From: an uncultured Methanomassiliicoccus sp.
Lineage (GTDB): Archaea; Thermoplasmatota; Thermoplasmata; Methanomassiliicoccales; Methanomassiliicoccaceae
Length of the DNA: 64,000 nt
Direction: 5' to 3'
Assembly: GCA_905202485.1 (NCBI GenBank)
Contig: CAJKRY010000001.1
Location: forward strand, 92,456 to 156,455
Made by a program: the position numbers and the translations under genes. Numbering within the stretch: the first letter of the stretch is position 1; every line of letters starts with the position of its first letter. The notes beneath the pieces are model-generated. The model had not been told where the DNA came from and searched no databases. It worked only from the letters and a program-made list of their open reading frames with translations. Shown here piece by piece: positions 1 to 9,912 of this stretch.

Positions 1-2
1 AA

Positions 3-557
3 ATGTCCTGTGCCAGAAGCGATGCCTATGAAAGGGCAAAATCGTCCAAGCAGTCTGCTTCGATTGTCCGGTCCAAACTGATAATGATTTATATTGACCT
101 TGTGGTAATCGCAGCTATTGAGATTGCATTCTATTTCATATCTCCGTATATCTACGAAAACCTTGATCCTCTGCTTCCTGGAACCATCCACATAGCCAAC
201 TCAATCTCAATGATTGCCAACTTCTTGATACTGCTTCCACCAATAATCAACTTAGTTCACAATTTGAAGTTGATAGACGAAATAATGGTAGAAGGAGGCA
301 AGAAGCAGCGTCATCAGGCAGAATGCTATGACTCTAGCATATATGAGAAATTCATGAAGCTGAGCAGCATCCTGCTGATACTCACCATCGATTTCCTTGT
401 GTTGCTGATTATACCGAATCCGCTCCTGCTCTGGGAACAGATTGCTGTGATACTCATATGCTTCATTGTTTTCGTAGCTTTACTGATCAGAGGGCTTCCA
501 AGAGGAAGATATGCCGCGGCCAATGAAAAGATCTCAAGTAAGATCAAAAAGAAGTGA
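3..557 (+). CDS. hypothetical polytopic membrane protein (may be 5'-truncated by window edge)
   Basis: ORF from window edge; several hydrophobic helical stretches (IDLVVIAAIEIAFYF, LILTIDFLVLLIIPNPLLL, ILICFIVFVALLI); no recognisable catalytic motif. Confidence 0.4.
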   Translation: MSCARSDAYERAKSSKQSASIVRSKLIMIYIDLVVIAAIEIAFYFISPYIYENLDPLLPGTIHIANSISMIANFLILLPPIINLVHNLKLIDEIMVEGGKKQRHQAECYDSSIYEKFMKLSSILLILTIDFLVLLIIPNPLLLWEQIAVILICFIVFVALLIRGLPRGRYAAANEKISSKIKKK

Positions 558-2018
558 TTACTTGAGGCTTAATTCCTTTTCTGTTATGTCTAAAATCGTC
601 TTCTGGGACTGCAGCCTGGCGCTCTGTTTATCGTTGGAATCAATGATGAACCACGGAGCATGTGGCTGAGAAGTCCTCGCAATCATTTCATCAATTGCTG
701 CGGTGTAATCATCCCATTTTTCTCTTGCCAGCCAGTCATCGTTAGAGATTTTCCAGTTCTTCAAAGGATTATCTACGCGTTCAATGAATCTCTGCAGCTG
801 CTCTTCTTTTGTAATCTCCAGCCACATCTTGATCAGAATAGTATTGTCATCAACCATTGACTTTTCAAACTCATTTATTTCTCGGTATGCTCTGCGCCAA
901 TCCTGTTCGGGTGTGATCTTATCTACTCTTTCTACGAGAACTCTCCCATACCATGAACGGTCAAATATCGAAATATGGCCCTTTTCAGGCAGCCCAAGAT
1001 AGAATCTCCAAAGATAGTGGTGAGAGATTTCCACATCGTTGGGAGCGCCCGTTGGCACAACCTGATATGTTCTGGGATTAAGGGACTGAGTTATTCTAAG
1101 AATGTTTCCTCCTTTTCCAGCCGCATCTCTTCCCTCAAAGACCAATACCAAAGGTCTCCTCTGGCGGTACAGTTCCATCTGGATTTTTTTCAGCCTCTGC
1201 TGATACTTTTCCAGTTTAGAATGGTAGGTATCAGAGCTTAACTTCGGATATGCCGGCGTGCTCTGAATTGCGGGATACTCCATCTTACAGTATCCGCCGT
1301 CTGATGCCACACCATTCAGATCCAATGCAGATTCCATACGGTTTGCTACAGTCTTGAGAACTTTCAGAGTTGCAAATTCCTCATCGGCAGATTCGACAAT
1401 CGTCCACGGGGCCAGTGGAGTCTCGGTGGCGGTGATCATTTTGTCGATGATCGGCACATACTGCTTCTGCCTCTTTATCAGTTCCAGATCATCTTTCACC
1501 AGCCCGCAGACTTCTTCGTCTGTGGGGCTCCTGTCTGCATCTTGAACATGCAGGAAGAGCTTAATTATCACGACACCGCTGTCAGCAAGCTGCCGTTCGA
1601 ATGTGTTTATTTCCTTCACATCTTTGATGATGATGCTTTCCATCCCCGCATCCATAGACCTGGCGGCCGATGAGGAATACCAGGAACGGTCAAAAATTGT
1701 TATTCTGCCTTTAGCTGGCGTCTTTATCCAGAATCTCCAGAGAAAAGAATGCTTGGATTCTTCCGGGCTTGACGGTCCGATATTGTAATAATCAAACCCG
1801 CGGGGATCCAACGGAACGAGAAGCTGGTTAATCACTTTAGCCATCAGAGCCGGTTCCCAGCCCTCAAAAAGGATTATCACAGGAATCTGAGCCCTTCTGA
1901 GTCTGCGCTGCAGCTCTCCGAGCTGAGTTCTGAGGTCCGGGAGCTGTTTCGCAAACTCTCCTTTTTTAAGTTTCTTGGTTAGGTCTAGGTTCTGAAGCAT
2001 TGTATAAGACGAGTGCAC
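558..2018 (-). CDS. ppk2: two-domain polyphosphate kinase 2 (PPK2; polyphosphate:AMP phosphotransferase-like architecture)
   Basis: Two tandem PPK2 domains, each with a Walker A-like P-loop and the PPK2 lid motif: VIILFEGWEPALMAKV...FDRSWY and LVLVFEGRDAAGKGG...FDRSWYGRV. 486 aa is typical of two-domain PPK2/PAP. Confidence 0.85.
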   Translation of the reverse strand: MHSSYTMLQNLDLTKKLKKGEFAKQLPDLRTQLGELQRRLRRAQIPVIILFEGWEPALMAKVINQLLVPLDPRGFDYYNIGPSSPEESKHSFLWRFWIKTPAKGRITIFDRSWYSSSAARSMDAGMESIIIKDVKEINTFERQLADSGVVIIKLFLHVQDADRSPTDEEVCGLVKDDLELIKRQKQYVPIIDKMITATETPLAPWTIVESADEEFATLKVLKTVANRMESALDLNGVASDGGYCKMEYPAIQSTPAYPKLSSDTYHSKLEKYQQRLKKIQMELYRQRRPLVLVFEGRDAAGKGGNILRITQSLNPRTYQVVPTGAPNDVEISHHYLWRFYLGLPEKGHISIFDRSWYGRVLVERVDKITPEQDWRRAYREINEFEKSMVDDNTILIKMWLEITKEEQLQRFIERVDNPLKNWKISNDDWLAREKWDDYTAAIDEMIARTSQPHAPWFIIDSNDKQSARLQSQKTILDITEKELSLK

Positions 2019-2209
2019 TCTTTACTAATATTAATGTCTGAAGAATAATGAACTACTGCATTTGTATGGCCGCGGGTGCGCACATGTAGTCCATTTAATA
2101 CTGCTGCACTAAAATCACATCACTGGACAATTAAATTTTCTGAGATCATATACAGCCTAAAACAGATTATAATAATGGTAGCGCATTACCTTTACGTTCA
2201 AGGGTTCGA

Positions 2210-2785
2210 ATGAAATGGATAGCTATTGAGGGCACTGACGGTTCCGGCAAAAATACAATCGCAGAGTGGATTAAAGAGTTGTACGCCTCAAAAGGCAGCA
2301 GTGTAGAAATTTTCATTCACCCGTCTGAAAGATTTGCAGGAAAATGCATGAAATCCTGCCTGCAGGGAAATGGTGTAAAATACCATCTTTCCGTGTTTTT
2401 CTTTATCTTGGATCTTTTGACTTCTTTATCAAAAATCAAAAGATGCCAAGCAGACGTTGTGATTTTTATTAGATATGCCATGAGTGCAGCATACCTGCCT
2501 CCTAAACTGGTAAAGCCCTGCTACAAATTCCTGACAAACCTGTTCCCAACACCGGATGAACTGCTGTTTGTAGACATTGACCCGAAGACCGCCATGAACC
2601 GAATTCATATGAGAAATGAAGAATGGGAGATGTTCGAAACAGAAGAAAGCATTTCAGACATTAGAAAAAAGATGATATCTATATCTGAAGGCTGGGATGT
2701 TGTCAATAACAGTCTGGATTTAGAAACAACATACAGGCAGCTGGAAAAATTGGTAGATGCCTGGAATTTCAAGAAGATTTGTTGA
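2210..2785 (+). CDS. thymidylate kinase-like P-loop nucleotide kinase
   Basis: N-terminal IAIEGTDGSGKNT matches the Tmk P-loop (xIxxEGxDGxGKxT); VIFIRYAMSAAY aligns with the Tmk DRY-containing motif but with D->I; 191 aa. Confidence 0.55.
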   Translation: MKWIAIEGTDGSGKNTIAEWIKELYASKGSSVEIFIHPSERFAGKCMKSCLQGNGVKYHLSVFFFILDLLTSLSKIKRCQADVVIFIRYAMSAAYLPPKLVKPCYKFLTNLFPTPDELLFVDIDPKTAMNRIHMRNEEWEMFETEESISDIRKKMISISEGWDVVNNSLDLETTYRQLEKLVDAWNFKKIC

Positions 2786-2821
2786 AGCAATAGATAACCT
2801 TTTTAGCAACCCTAGCGCTTG

Positions 2822-3772
2822 ATGGTTCTGATGAATACTAAAAAGCCTGTAGTTGATATTAAAATCGGCGGGGCAATGACTGTTAACAACCTCATAACCC
2901 AGATGAGCAATTGCGGAGGATTCACAGCAAAAAAACTGTCTGATGCTGTGGACATCACTGAAAAAATGCTTAAGAAGAAGGACTGCACAGTTTTCCTTTC
3001 TTTCCCTGCCTGCATAATGGCCACCGGAACAAGGGGAGTAATTATTGAATTGGTAAAGCGCGGTCTTGTTGATGTAATCATTACTACCTGCGGAACACTA
3101 GACCATGATCTGGCTAGAACATGGAAAAAATACTACCATGGTGAGTTTATCATGGATGACGCCAAACTGTATGACGAGGGAATCAACAGACTGGGAAATG
3201 TCCTGGTTCCTAACTCAAGCTACGGACTCATTCTTGAAAAGAAAATGCAGCCGATGCTGAAAAAGATCCTCAAAGACCGCAATTCAATCTCCACCAGAGA
3301 ACTGATAGATCAGGTGGGTGCAATGGTCAACGATGAGAGTTCATTGTTATACTGGTGCCACAAAAACAATGTGCCGATATTCGTGCCTGGAATCACAGAC
3401 GGATCATTCGGAAGCCAGGTATGGATGTACTGGCAAGAACACCGCGATCTTCACATTAATCTCTTCCAGGATGAGCAGGATCTCATGGATATGGTATTTG
3501 ATGCTAAAGAATCCGGAGCCATCATGATCGGTGGAGGGATTTCAAAGCACCACACTATCTGGTGGAACCAGTTCAGAGGAGGACTTGACCACGCTGTGTA
3601 TCTTACTACTGCTGAAGAGTACGATGGATCACTCTCAGGAGCTAGAGTAAGAGAAGCTGTTTCATGGGGAAAAGTCAAAGCTGCAGCAGATTACATGACT
3701 GTGGAAGGAGATGCTACAATCACTCTTCCGATTATAATTTCTGCAGTTCTGGAAAGAATGGATTCTGAATAA
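2822..3772 (+). CDS. dys: deoxyhypusine synthase
   Basis: Full-length similarity to DHS family (NAD-binding region GGAMTVNNL..., TTCGTLDHDL, GGGISKHH); ATG at 2822 follows TTG at 2819. Confidence 0.85.
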   Translation: MVLMNTKKPVVDIKIGGAMTVNNLITQMSNCGGFTAKKLSDAVDITEKMLKKKDCTVFLSFPACIMATGTRGVIIELVKRGLVDVIITTCGTLDHDLARTWKKYYHGEFIMDDAKLYDEGINRLGNVLVPNSSYGLILEKKMQPMLKKILKDRNSISTRELIDQVGAMVNDESSLLYWCHKNNVPIFVPGITDGSFGSQVWMYWQEHRDLHINLFQDEQDLMDMVFDAKESGAIMIGGGISKHHTIWWNQFRGGLDHAVYLTTAEEYDGSLSGARVREAVSWGKVKAAADYMTVEGDATITLPIIISAVLERMDSE

Positions 3773-3788
3773 ATCCTTCCTTCAAACC

Positions 3789-3795
3789 TTTTTTT
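3789..3795 (+). terminator. oligo-T tract downstream of dys (archaeal-style terminator candidate)
   Basis: cctttttttaaa: run of 7 T about 17 nt after the dys stop. Confidence 0.3.
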
Positions 3796-3834
3796 AAATT
3801 CCCTTAAATAGGCTGTACTCTCATAATTCACAGA

Positions 3835-5235
3835 GTGGATAGATTAATCGTTATCTCCAACAGAGAACCCTATGTCCATGAGTATAATGGAGAGCGTATA
3901 GACTGTTCAGTCCCCACTGGAGGAGTTGTTGCTGCCATAGATCCTGTGATGCAGGCTGCAAAGGGTACCTGGATTGCCTGGGGAAGCGGAGATGCCGACA
4001 AAGACTGCAGCGATTCTAAAGGGTGCGTCAGAGTTCCTCCGGAAGATCCTAAATACACTCTCCGCAGGATCTGGCTGACTCAGAAGGAAGTCAACGATTA
4101 TTACCTGGGATTCAGCAACAGAGTAATCTGGCCCGTGTGCCACTTATTCCAGGAAAATGCCCAGTTTAAAAAGAATTACTGGGAGACTTACAAAAGCGTG
4201 AATATGAAATTTGCCGATGCTGCAGCAGAAGAGCTGGAGAAAGGTGGCAGAGTATTCATTCAAGATGTGCATTTTTCATTAGTTCCAGACATGCTGAGGA
4301 ATAAAGTGCCAGAGGCTGCCATAGCATTGTTCTGGCACATTCCCTTTCCAGCAGCAGAGACGTTTTCCTGCATACCGTGGAGAAGCGATCTTTTAAAGGG
4401 ACTGCTGAGCGCAGATATGCTCGGATTCCATACCAAAGCTCATGCAGATAATTTCATTGCAACTGTATGCAGAGAGTTTCCTCAGGCTGAAGTAAATGAT
4501 AATGTAATCAACTATAACGGCAGAAAAACAAAGGTTGCAGCAATCCCGATTGGAATTGATTATGAAACATATGCTAAAAATGGCAGCATGCAGAGCATTA
4601 TAAAGGGAGCTGAGGCAACAAGAAAGTCAATCAATGCCGAGCGCATAATTTTAGGAGTAGACAGACTAGACTACACTAAAGGAATTTTAAACAGATTTTT
4701 AGCATTCGAACGATACCTGGAAGCGAGTCCAAGAGCAAGAGAAAAGGTATCATTCATACAGGTAGCTTCTCCTACCAGGGTTAACATCAATGAATACAGA
4801 GAGATGAAAAGAAAAGTGGAGGAGAGCGTAGGCAGAATCAACGGCAGATTCCAAACTCCGTCATGGACCCCTATCATATATATCAACAGAAAAGTCGACG
4901 AGGACAAACTGCTGATGCTCTATAGAATAGCCGACGTTGCCATGGTTACACCAGTCATTGATGGAATGAATCTCGTAGCCAAAGAGTACGTAGCAGTAAA
5001 TGAAAGAGGAGTGCTCATTCTCAGTGAATTTGCAGGAGCCAGTGAGGGGATGAAAGATGCGATAGTAGTAAATCCATACGATATTGAGTCAATGGCAAAA
5101 GCAATCCAGAAAGCTTTAAGGATGAAACAGAAAGAGAAAACAAACCACTGCAGCAAACTCAGGAAGGAAGTTAAAGATCATGACATCTTCTGGTGGCTGG
5201 ATGAATTCTTCAGACAATGGGAGTCTGATTACTGA
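3835..5235 (+). CDS. otsA: alpha,alpha-trehalose-phosphate synthase (GT20)
   Basis: Characteristic OtsA N-terminus (RLIVISNREPY..., GGVVAAIDPVM, YYLGFSNRVIWPVCH) and GT-B C-terminal half; 466 aa. Confidence 0.85.
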   Translation: MDRLIVISNREPYVHEYNGERIDCSVPTGGVVAAIDPVMQAAKGTWIAWGSGDADKDCSDSKGCVRVPPEDPKYTLRRIWLTQKEVNDYYLGFSNRVIWPVCHLFQENAQFKKNYWETYKSVNMKFADAAAEELEKGGRVFIQDVHFSLVPDMLRNKVPEAAIALFWHIPFPAAETFSCIPWRSDLLKGLLSADMLGFHTKAHADNFIATVCREFPQAEVNDNVINYNGRKTKVAAIPIGIDYETYAKNGSMQSIIKGAEATRKSINAERIILGVDRLDYTKGILNRFLAFERYLEASPRAREKVSFIQVASPTRVNINEYREMKRKVEESVGRINGRFQTPSWTPIIYINRKVDEDKLLMLYRIADVAMVTPVIDGMNLVAKEYVAVNERGVLILSEFAGASEGMKDAIVVNPYDIESMAKAIQKALRMKQKEKTNHCSKLRKEVKDHDIFWWLDEFFRQWESDY

Positions 5236-5938
5236 ACTCAATGTTCTGGCAAAATCACCCCGGCTTCTTTTGATGCTGGATTTTGACGGCACGATTTCTC
5301 CCATAGTGCCGACGCCCGAAGAGGCAGAGATAGACAAAGAAATAGAAATGATTCTAATTGAGCTGGAAAAACTTCCTTCAACGGATATCTGGATTGTCAG
5401 CGGCAGAAGCTTAGACGATCTGAAAAACAGAGTCCCTTTTAAAAATCTGATCGGCAGCCACGGCATGGAATGTCCTTTTTCTGAAGGAAAAATAGACTGC
5501 GGCAATCTGCCAGAAGTGAAGAAAAATATTGAATGCTTATTAAAAAATTATAATGGAATTCATATTGAAGAAAAAGCCTATTCGGTGAGTGTGCATTACA
5601 GAAATGCAGATGCTGAAGATGAAGAAAGCATTAGAAATATTGTCAGAAAGAACTCTGGTGGCTTTGCCACAATTGAGGGGAAAAAAGTCATAGAGCTGAG
5701 AGCAAAGGGAAGAGACAAAGGGAATGTCTGCCGAATGCTCCTTGATCATACAATGTGTGAGTCATCGATATACATAGGTGATGACACCACGGATGAAGAT
5801 GCTTTCAGAGCTTTAAAGGAAAAGTCTGTGACCATAAAAATAGGCGATGGAAAAACCGATGCAAGATTTAGACTGAAAAACATAGATGATTTGAAATTAA
5901 TTTTAAAGAAACTGCTTGAGGATCGATCGCTACCTTAA
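5180..5938 (+). CDS. otsB: trehalose-6-phosphate phosphatase (HAD family)
   Basis: HAD motif I LLMLDFDGTISP near the N-terminus and HAD motif IV GDDTTDEDAF; start ambiguous (5180, 5201 or 5273); overlaps otsA 3' end in another frame. Confidence 0.75.
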   Translation: MTSSGGWMNSSDNGSLITELNVLAKSPRLLLMLDFDGTISPIVPTPEEAEIDKEIEMILIELEKLPSTDIWIVSGRSLDDLKNRVPFKNLIGSHGMECPFSEGKIDCGNLPEVKKNIECLLKNYNGIHIEEKAYSVSVHYRNADAEDEESIRNIVRKNSGGFATIEGKKVIELRAKGRDKGNVCRMLLDHTMCESSIYIGDDTTDEDAFRALKEKSVTIKIGDGKTDARFRLKNIDDLKLILKKLLEDRSLP

Positions 5939-5946
5939 TATGATGC

Positions 5947-7338
5947 TTGCTGGAGATTAATTACTGCTTCATGAAATTCAGCGGCCAGAATTCCAAAAAG
6001 AAATTTAAGATTCCACCTTTGGCTTACGCGGCAGCGGCAGTAGCAGCCATTGGTGGAATATTGTTTGGATTTGACACAGGGATCATTTCTGGAGCGATAC
6101 TCTTTGTGCAGCAGGATTTTTCTCTGACTCTCTCTGAAAGATCCTGGGCCGTATCCATGGTTCTGGTCGGAGCCATAATCGGATCAGCTTCCGGAGGATA
6201 TTTATCAGACAAGCTGGGAAGAAGAAAATCGATAATCAGTTCTGCTGTTTTGGTAATTATAGGGACAGCAGTAATCGCTGCATCATCTGATATTTATCTC
6301 TTCTTTGCCGGGCGGTTTATTATTGGAACAGGCATAGGCATTGCTTCTTTCATAAGTCCCATGTATATTTCTGAAGTAGCGCCTAAACGCATCAGAGGCG
6401 CCATGGTGTCCCTCACACAGCTTATGGTCACTATTGGAATACTTGTAGCCTACTTAGTCTCCCTATACTTCTCTCCGTCTGGAAACTGGAAAGCTATGTT
6501 TCTGGCTGCTGTCATCCCTGCCGCTGCTCTTTTGATTGGGATGGTTGTCCTTCCATCCAGTCCCAGATGGCTGGTTTTTAAAGGAAAGGTAGACAGTGCA
6601 AAACATGTAGCTGAAGAATTTTCATATGATAAGGAAAAGGCTGATGAAGCAATTCATCAGATGGAAGTAGAAAATGAAGAACAGAAAAATACCAAAATCA
6701 ATGAATTATGGTCTCCTGCGATTCGGCGTTTAGCTGTAATCGGCATAATGCTGGCAATACTGCAGCAGGCTACAGGTATCAATACAGTCATCTACTTCGC
6801 TCCTACCATTTTCGAGTTTGCAGGTTATGCTGATGCTACAGCTTCAATAGCCGCCAGCGTCGGAGTCGGCATAGTAAATGTAATTTTAACAATAATATCA
6901 ATATTCCTTGTAGACAGAATCGGAAGACGTCCATTATTGTTGATAAGTTTGAGCGGAATGATTTTGTCTCTTCTTGGGTTGAGCGTAGTATTCACTATTG
7001 GCGCTGCGTCACTTGGCGTTTATACAGCCGTGTTTTTAATGGCGTACATTGCTTCATTTGCCATAGGCCTCGGACCGATATTTTGGCTGCTCATAGCAGA
7101 GATATATCCGCTCAGAGTAAGGGGCAAAGCGATGAGTGTGGCTACAGTAGCTAACTGGGCTTCTAATTTCATAATTTCATTGACATTTCTAGGACTTGTA
7201 GGACTGCTGGGAACCAATGGGGTGTTTTTCATATATGCTGTCGTGGGCATATTCTCACTCATTTTTGTCTGGAGGTTTATACCCGAAACAAAAGGTCTTT
7301 CATTAGAAGAAATCGCTGAAAGTGACCAGACAAAATAA
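5947..7338 (+). CDS. MFS sugar porter family transporter
   Basis: 12-TM profile; sugar-porter signatures GRRKSII, PSSPRWLV (PESPRWL-like), GIGPIFWLLIAEIYPLRVRGKAMS; start 5947 or 5971. Confidence 0.8.
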   Translation: MLEINYCFMKFSGQNSKKKFKIPPLAYAAAAVAAIGGILFGFDTGIISGAILFVQQDFSLTLSERSWAVSMVLVGAIIGSASGGYLSDKLGRRKSIISSAVLVIIGTAVIAASSDIYLFFAGRFIIGTGIGIASFISPMYISEVAPKRIRGAMVSLTQLMVTIGILVAYLVSLYFSPSGNWKAMFLAAVIPAAALLIGMVVLPSSPRWLVFKGKVDSAKHVAEEFSYDKEKADEAIHQMEVENEEQKNTKINELWSPAIRRLAVIGIMLAILQQATGINTVIYFAPTIFEFAGYADATASIAASVGVGIVNVILTIISIFLVDRIGRRPLLLISLSGMILSLLGLSVVFTIGAASLGVYTAVFLMAYIASFAIGLGPIFWLLIAEIYPLRVRGKAMSVATVANWASNFIISLTFLGLVGLLGTNGVFFIYAVVGIFSLIFVWRFIPETKGLSLEEIAESDQTK

Positions 7339-7931
7339 ATGACTGATGTATATGTTTCATTGAGTATGAAAGTGCGTGTAAATCAGTATAATAAAATTCT
7401 AATTTTGAATGTGCAGGAGTATTCTCATCAAAAATGAAAGTAGAATTTATAGTGAACAAGAAGTTTATGACACGAAACGATTATTGATTGATAAGTATGA
7501 GTGGATTGTACGAAGGTTAAGTAAGTCTTTAAATGACCGTTTGTTCAAACTAACTATCATCTTAAAATTCAATCGTTACAGCATATATTATAGAACGCAA
7601 GATTATTTGAGTGCAGAATCGTTAATTATCTAAGAGTATAATTTTTATTTATCATATGTATTATTAATTCTTACCAGACATTAAGGTATCATTAAATGTA
7701 GAATGTACTCGTTCATATTTTGACACTGTAGACTCATAATGAGGTTTGGATCAAGTCTGCATCTTACATTGTATGTCTTGCATCACTGATGGTTACCTCA
7801 TGAGATGTGAATTAAACAATAACCTAGTTCATCATATTATTGAGAATATGTTGATTGAAGTATGCAGAGCGGCGATCCGCATACTTTAAGTACTCTTAGT
7901 TCCGTGAATTCTTATCCTTGGGGAGATATAT

Positions 7932-8492
7932 TTGTCACAAGTTTCCAAGGATATTATAGAAATAAGATTTCACGGCAGGGGAGGCCAGGGAGCTGTCATA
8001 GCTTCAGAAATTCTTGCAAAAGCTGCAATCAAAGAAGGCATGTATGCCTCAGCCTTTCCAAGTTTTGGTGTTGAAAGAAGAGGAGCACCGGTTTCAGCGT
8101 TCTGCAGAATCTCCAGTAAGCCAATACGAACTCATGCTAGCATATATGAGCCTGATTATGTAATAGTTCTTGACCAGGGTCTGATAAAATTAACAAACGT
8201 CCTTCAGGGAATGAAATCAGACGGCACTGCAATAGTAAATACTTCAAAAAGCGCTGAAGAGTTAGGTCTGCCGGACAGCACTGTAACGTTTGACGCCACT
8301 TCGGCAGCTTTAAAATTCGGGCTCGGCAGTCAGACTTCCCCCATTGTAAATACAGCAATCCTGGGAGCATTTGCCAAGGTCTGTGACGTCGTGCCCATGG
8401 ATTCCATAGTGAAGTGCATAAGAGAGTCTGTACCGGCTAAAAGAGAAGAAAATGCTGCTGCTGCAGAATTTGCATATGGAGTGGTAGCATGA
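7932..8492 (+). CDS. porG: pyruvate:ferredoxin oxidoreductase gamma subunit
   Basis: [46 protein letters not shown] typical of PorG; first gene of a porGDAB-ordered operon. Confidence 0.85.
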
Positions 8493-8758
8493 ACTTCCAG
8501 GACCTGCCCAGTATGCCAGTGGCAAACCAGAGCACCGAAAAAATAACAACCGGAGACTGGAGAACAATCAGACCTGTTTTAAATAAAGACTTATGCGACA
8601 GATGCTACCAGTGTTGGACATTCTGCCCTGATGTCAGTGTCATCGTTGAAGAAGAAGGATCATTTCCCAAGGTAGATCTGAACCACTGCAAAGGCTGCGG
8701 CATCTGCTCTATTGAATGCTCCAAACAGGCAATCACCATGGTGAGGGAAGATCTATGA
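8489..8758 (+). CDS. porD: pyruvate:ferredoxin oxidoreductase delta subunit (2x[4Fe-4S] ferredoxin)
   Basis: Two CxxCxxCxxxCP motifs (CDRCYQCWTFCP; CKGCGICSIECS); 4-nt overlaps with porG and porA. Confidence 0.85.
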   Translation: MNFQDLPSMPVANQSTEKITTGDWRTIRPVLNKDLCDRCYQCWTFCPDVSVIVEEEGSFPKVDLNHCKGCGICSIECSKQAITMVREDL

Positions 8759-9912
8759 TTGAGGCTTCAACTGGAAACTATGCAGCAGCTCAGGCAGCAA
8801 AGCTGGCTAAAGCAGACGTAGTAGCTGTATATCCAATCACACCTCAGACGACAATCTCAGAATATGTCGCCTCGATGGTTCAGAAAGGAGAAATGAATGC
8901 TGAATTTCTGCTGATGGAAAGCGAGCACTCTGCAATGTCGGCATTAATAGGCGCGTCAACCATAGGAGCAAGAACATTCACAGCCACATCATCCCACGGT
9001 TTGGCATTAATGCACGAAATGCTGATGTGGGCAGTCGGAGCAAGAACACCAATCGTAATGCCCGTAGCAGCCAGAGCAATCGGGGGGCCGTGGAACATAT
9101 GGGGGGATCATCAGGATGCTATTTCAGAAAGAGACACGGGCTGGCTGCAGTTCTTCTGCGAAAACAACCAGGAAGTTTTAGACACCATTCTCATGGCTTA
9201 CAGAATTGCAGAAGACAGAAAGGTAATGCTACCTGCCATGGTTGTAGAAGACGGCTTTGTTCTTTCACATACTGTAGAAAGAATTGACATTCCAGACCAG
9301 GAAGAAGTAGACGCATATCTTCCAAAATACAGTCCGGAATTCTTTGCTGACACAGAAAACCCGATGAGATTCGGCGGATTGGTCACTCCGGACTTGTGGA
9401 CTGAATTCAGGTATCGCATAGCAGAGTCTCATGAAGCCTCAAGAGAAAAACTAAAAGCAGCTGAAAAAGACTTTGAGAAAGTGTTCGGAAGAAGCTACGG
9501 CAGCCCTGTAGAAACATACCGTTGTGAAGATGCAGATGCCGTGCTGATAGCCGCTGGCGCAGTAGCCGGAACAGCGAAAGAAGTAGCAGACCAGCTCAGA
9601 GAAGAAGGGAAGAAAGTTGGAGTAGCAAGAATACGCGTATTTAGACCGTTTCCCTCTGAAGAGATAAGAAAGCTTGTTTCCTCCGTGCCGTCCGTAGGAG
9701 TTCTGGATAAAAGTTATACTTTCGGAGACGGAGGAGCTATGTTTAATGAGGTCAGGTCTGCAGCCGGAACTCTAGAAATAGGAAGTTACATCGCTGGACT
9801 CGGCGGAAGAGACGTGCCTCCAAAAGTGCTGATTAAAATTTTTAATAATATTTTAGAGAAAAACAGAGGAACCGTCTGGGCGGACCTCAAAGGAGGAGAT
9901 TTTGATGACTGA
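8755..9912 (+). CDS. porA: pyruvate:ferredoxin oxidoreductase alpha subunit
   Basis: ATG at 8755 overlaps porD stop (ATGA); MIEASTGNYAAAQAAKLAKADVVAVYPITPQT is a canonical PorA N-terminus. Confidence 0.85.
   Translation: MIEASTGNYAAAQAAKLAKADVVAVYPITPQTTISEYVASMVQKGEMNAEFLLMESEHSAMSALIGASTIGARTFTATSSHGLALMHEMLMWAVGARTPIVMPVAARAIGGPWNIWGDHQDAISERDTGWLQFFCENNQEVLDTILMAYRIAEDRKVMLPAMVVEDGFVLSHTVERIDIPDQEEVDAYLPKYSPEFFADTENPMRFGGLVTPDLWTEFRYRIAESHEASREKLKAAEKDFEKVFGRSYGSPVETYRCEDADAVLIAAGAVAGTAKEVADQLREEGKKVGVARIRVFRPFPSEEIRKLVSSVPSVGVLDKSYTFGDGGAMFNEVRSAAGTLEIGSYIAGLGGRDVPPKVLIKIFNNILEKNRGTVWADLKGGDFDD

Noticed and set aside
2171-2215. tRNA-like fragment (GGTAGCGCA ... GGGTTCGAAT) just upstream of the Tmk-like gene
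   Set aside because: No acceptor stem or T-stem complement can be formed; the TTCGAAT-containing segment includes the ATG of the downstream CDS; treated as chance similarity
5180-5235. Possible frameshifted fusion of otsA and otsB (fused TPSP)
   Set aside because: otsA ends with a typical OtsA C-terminus and otsB has its own N-terminal leader before the DxDGT motif; the overlap is consistent with ordinary coupled genes rather than a disrupted fusion
7409-7633. 74-aa ORF in the AT-rich region upstream of por
   Set aside because: AT-rich low-complexity translation (runs of K/I/Y/L) with no start context; typical of a random ORF in AT-rich DNA
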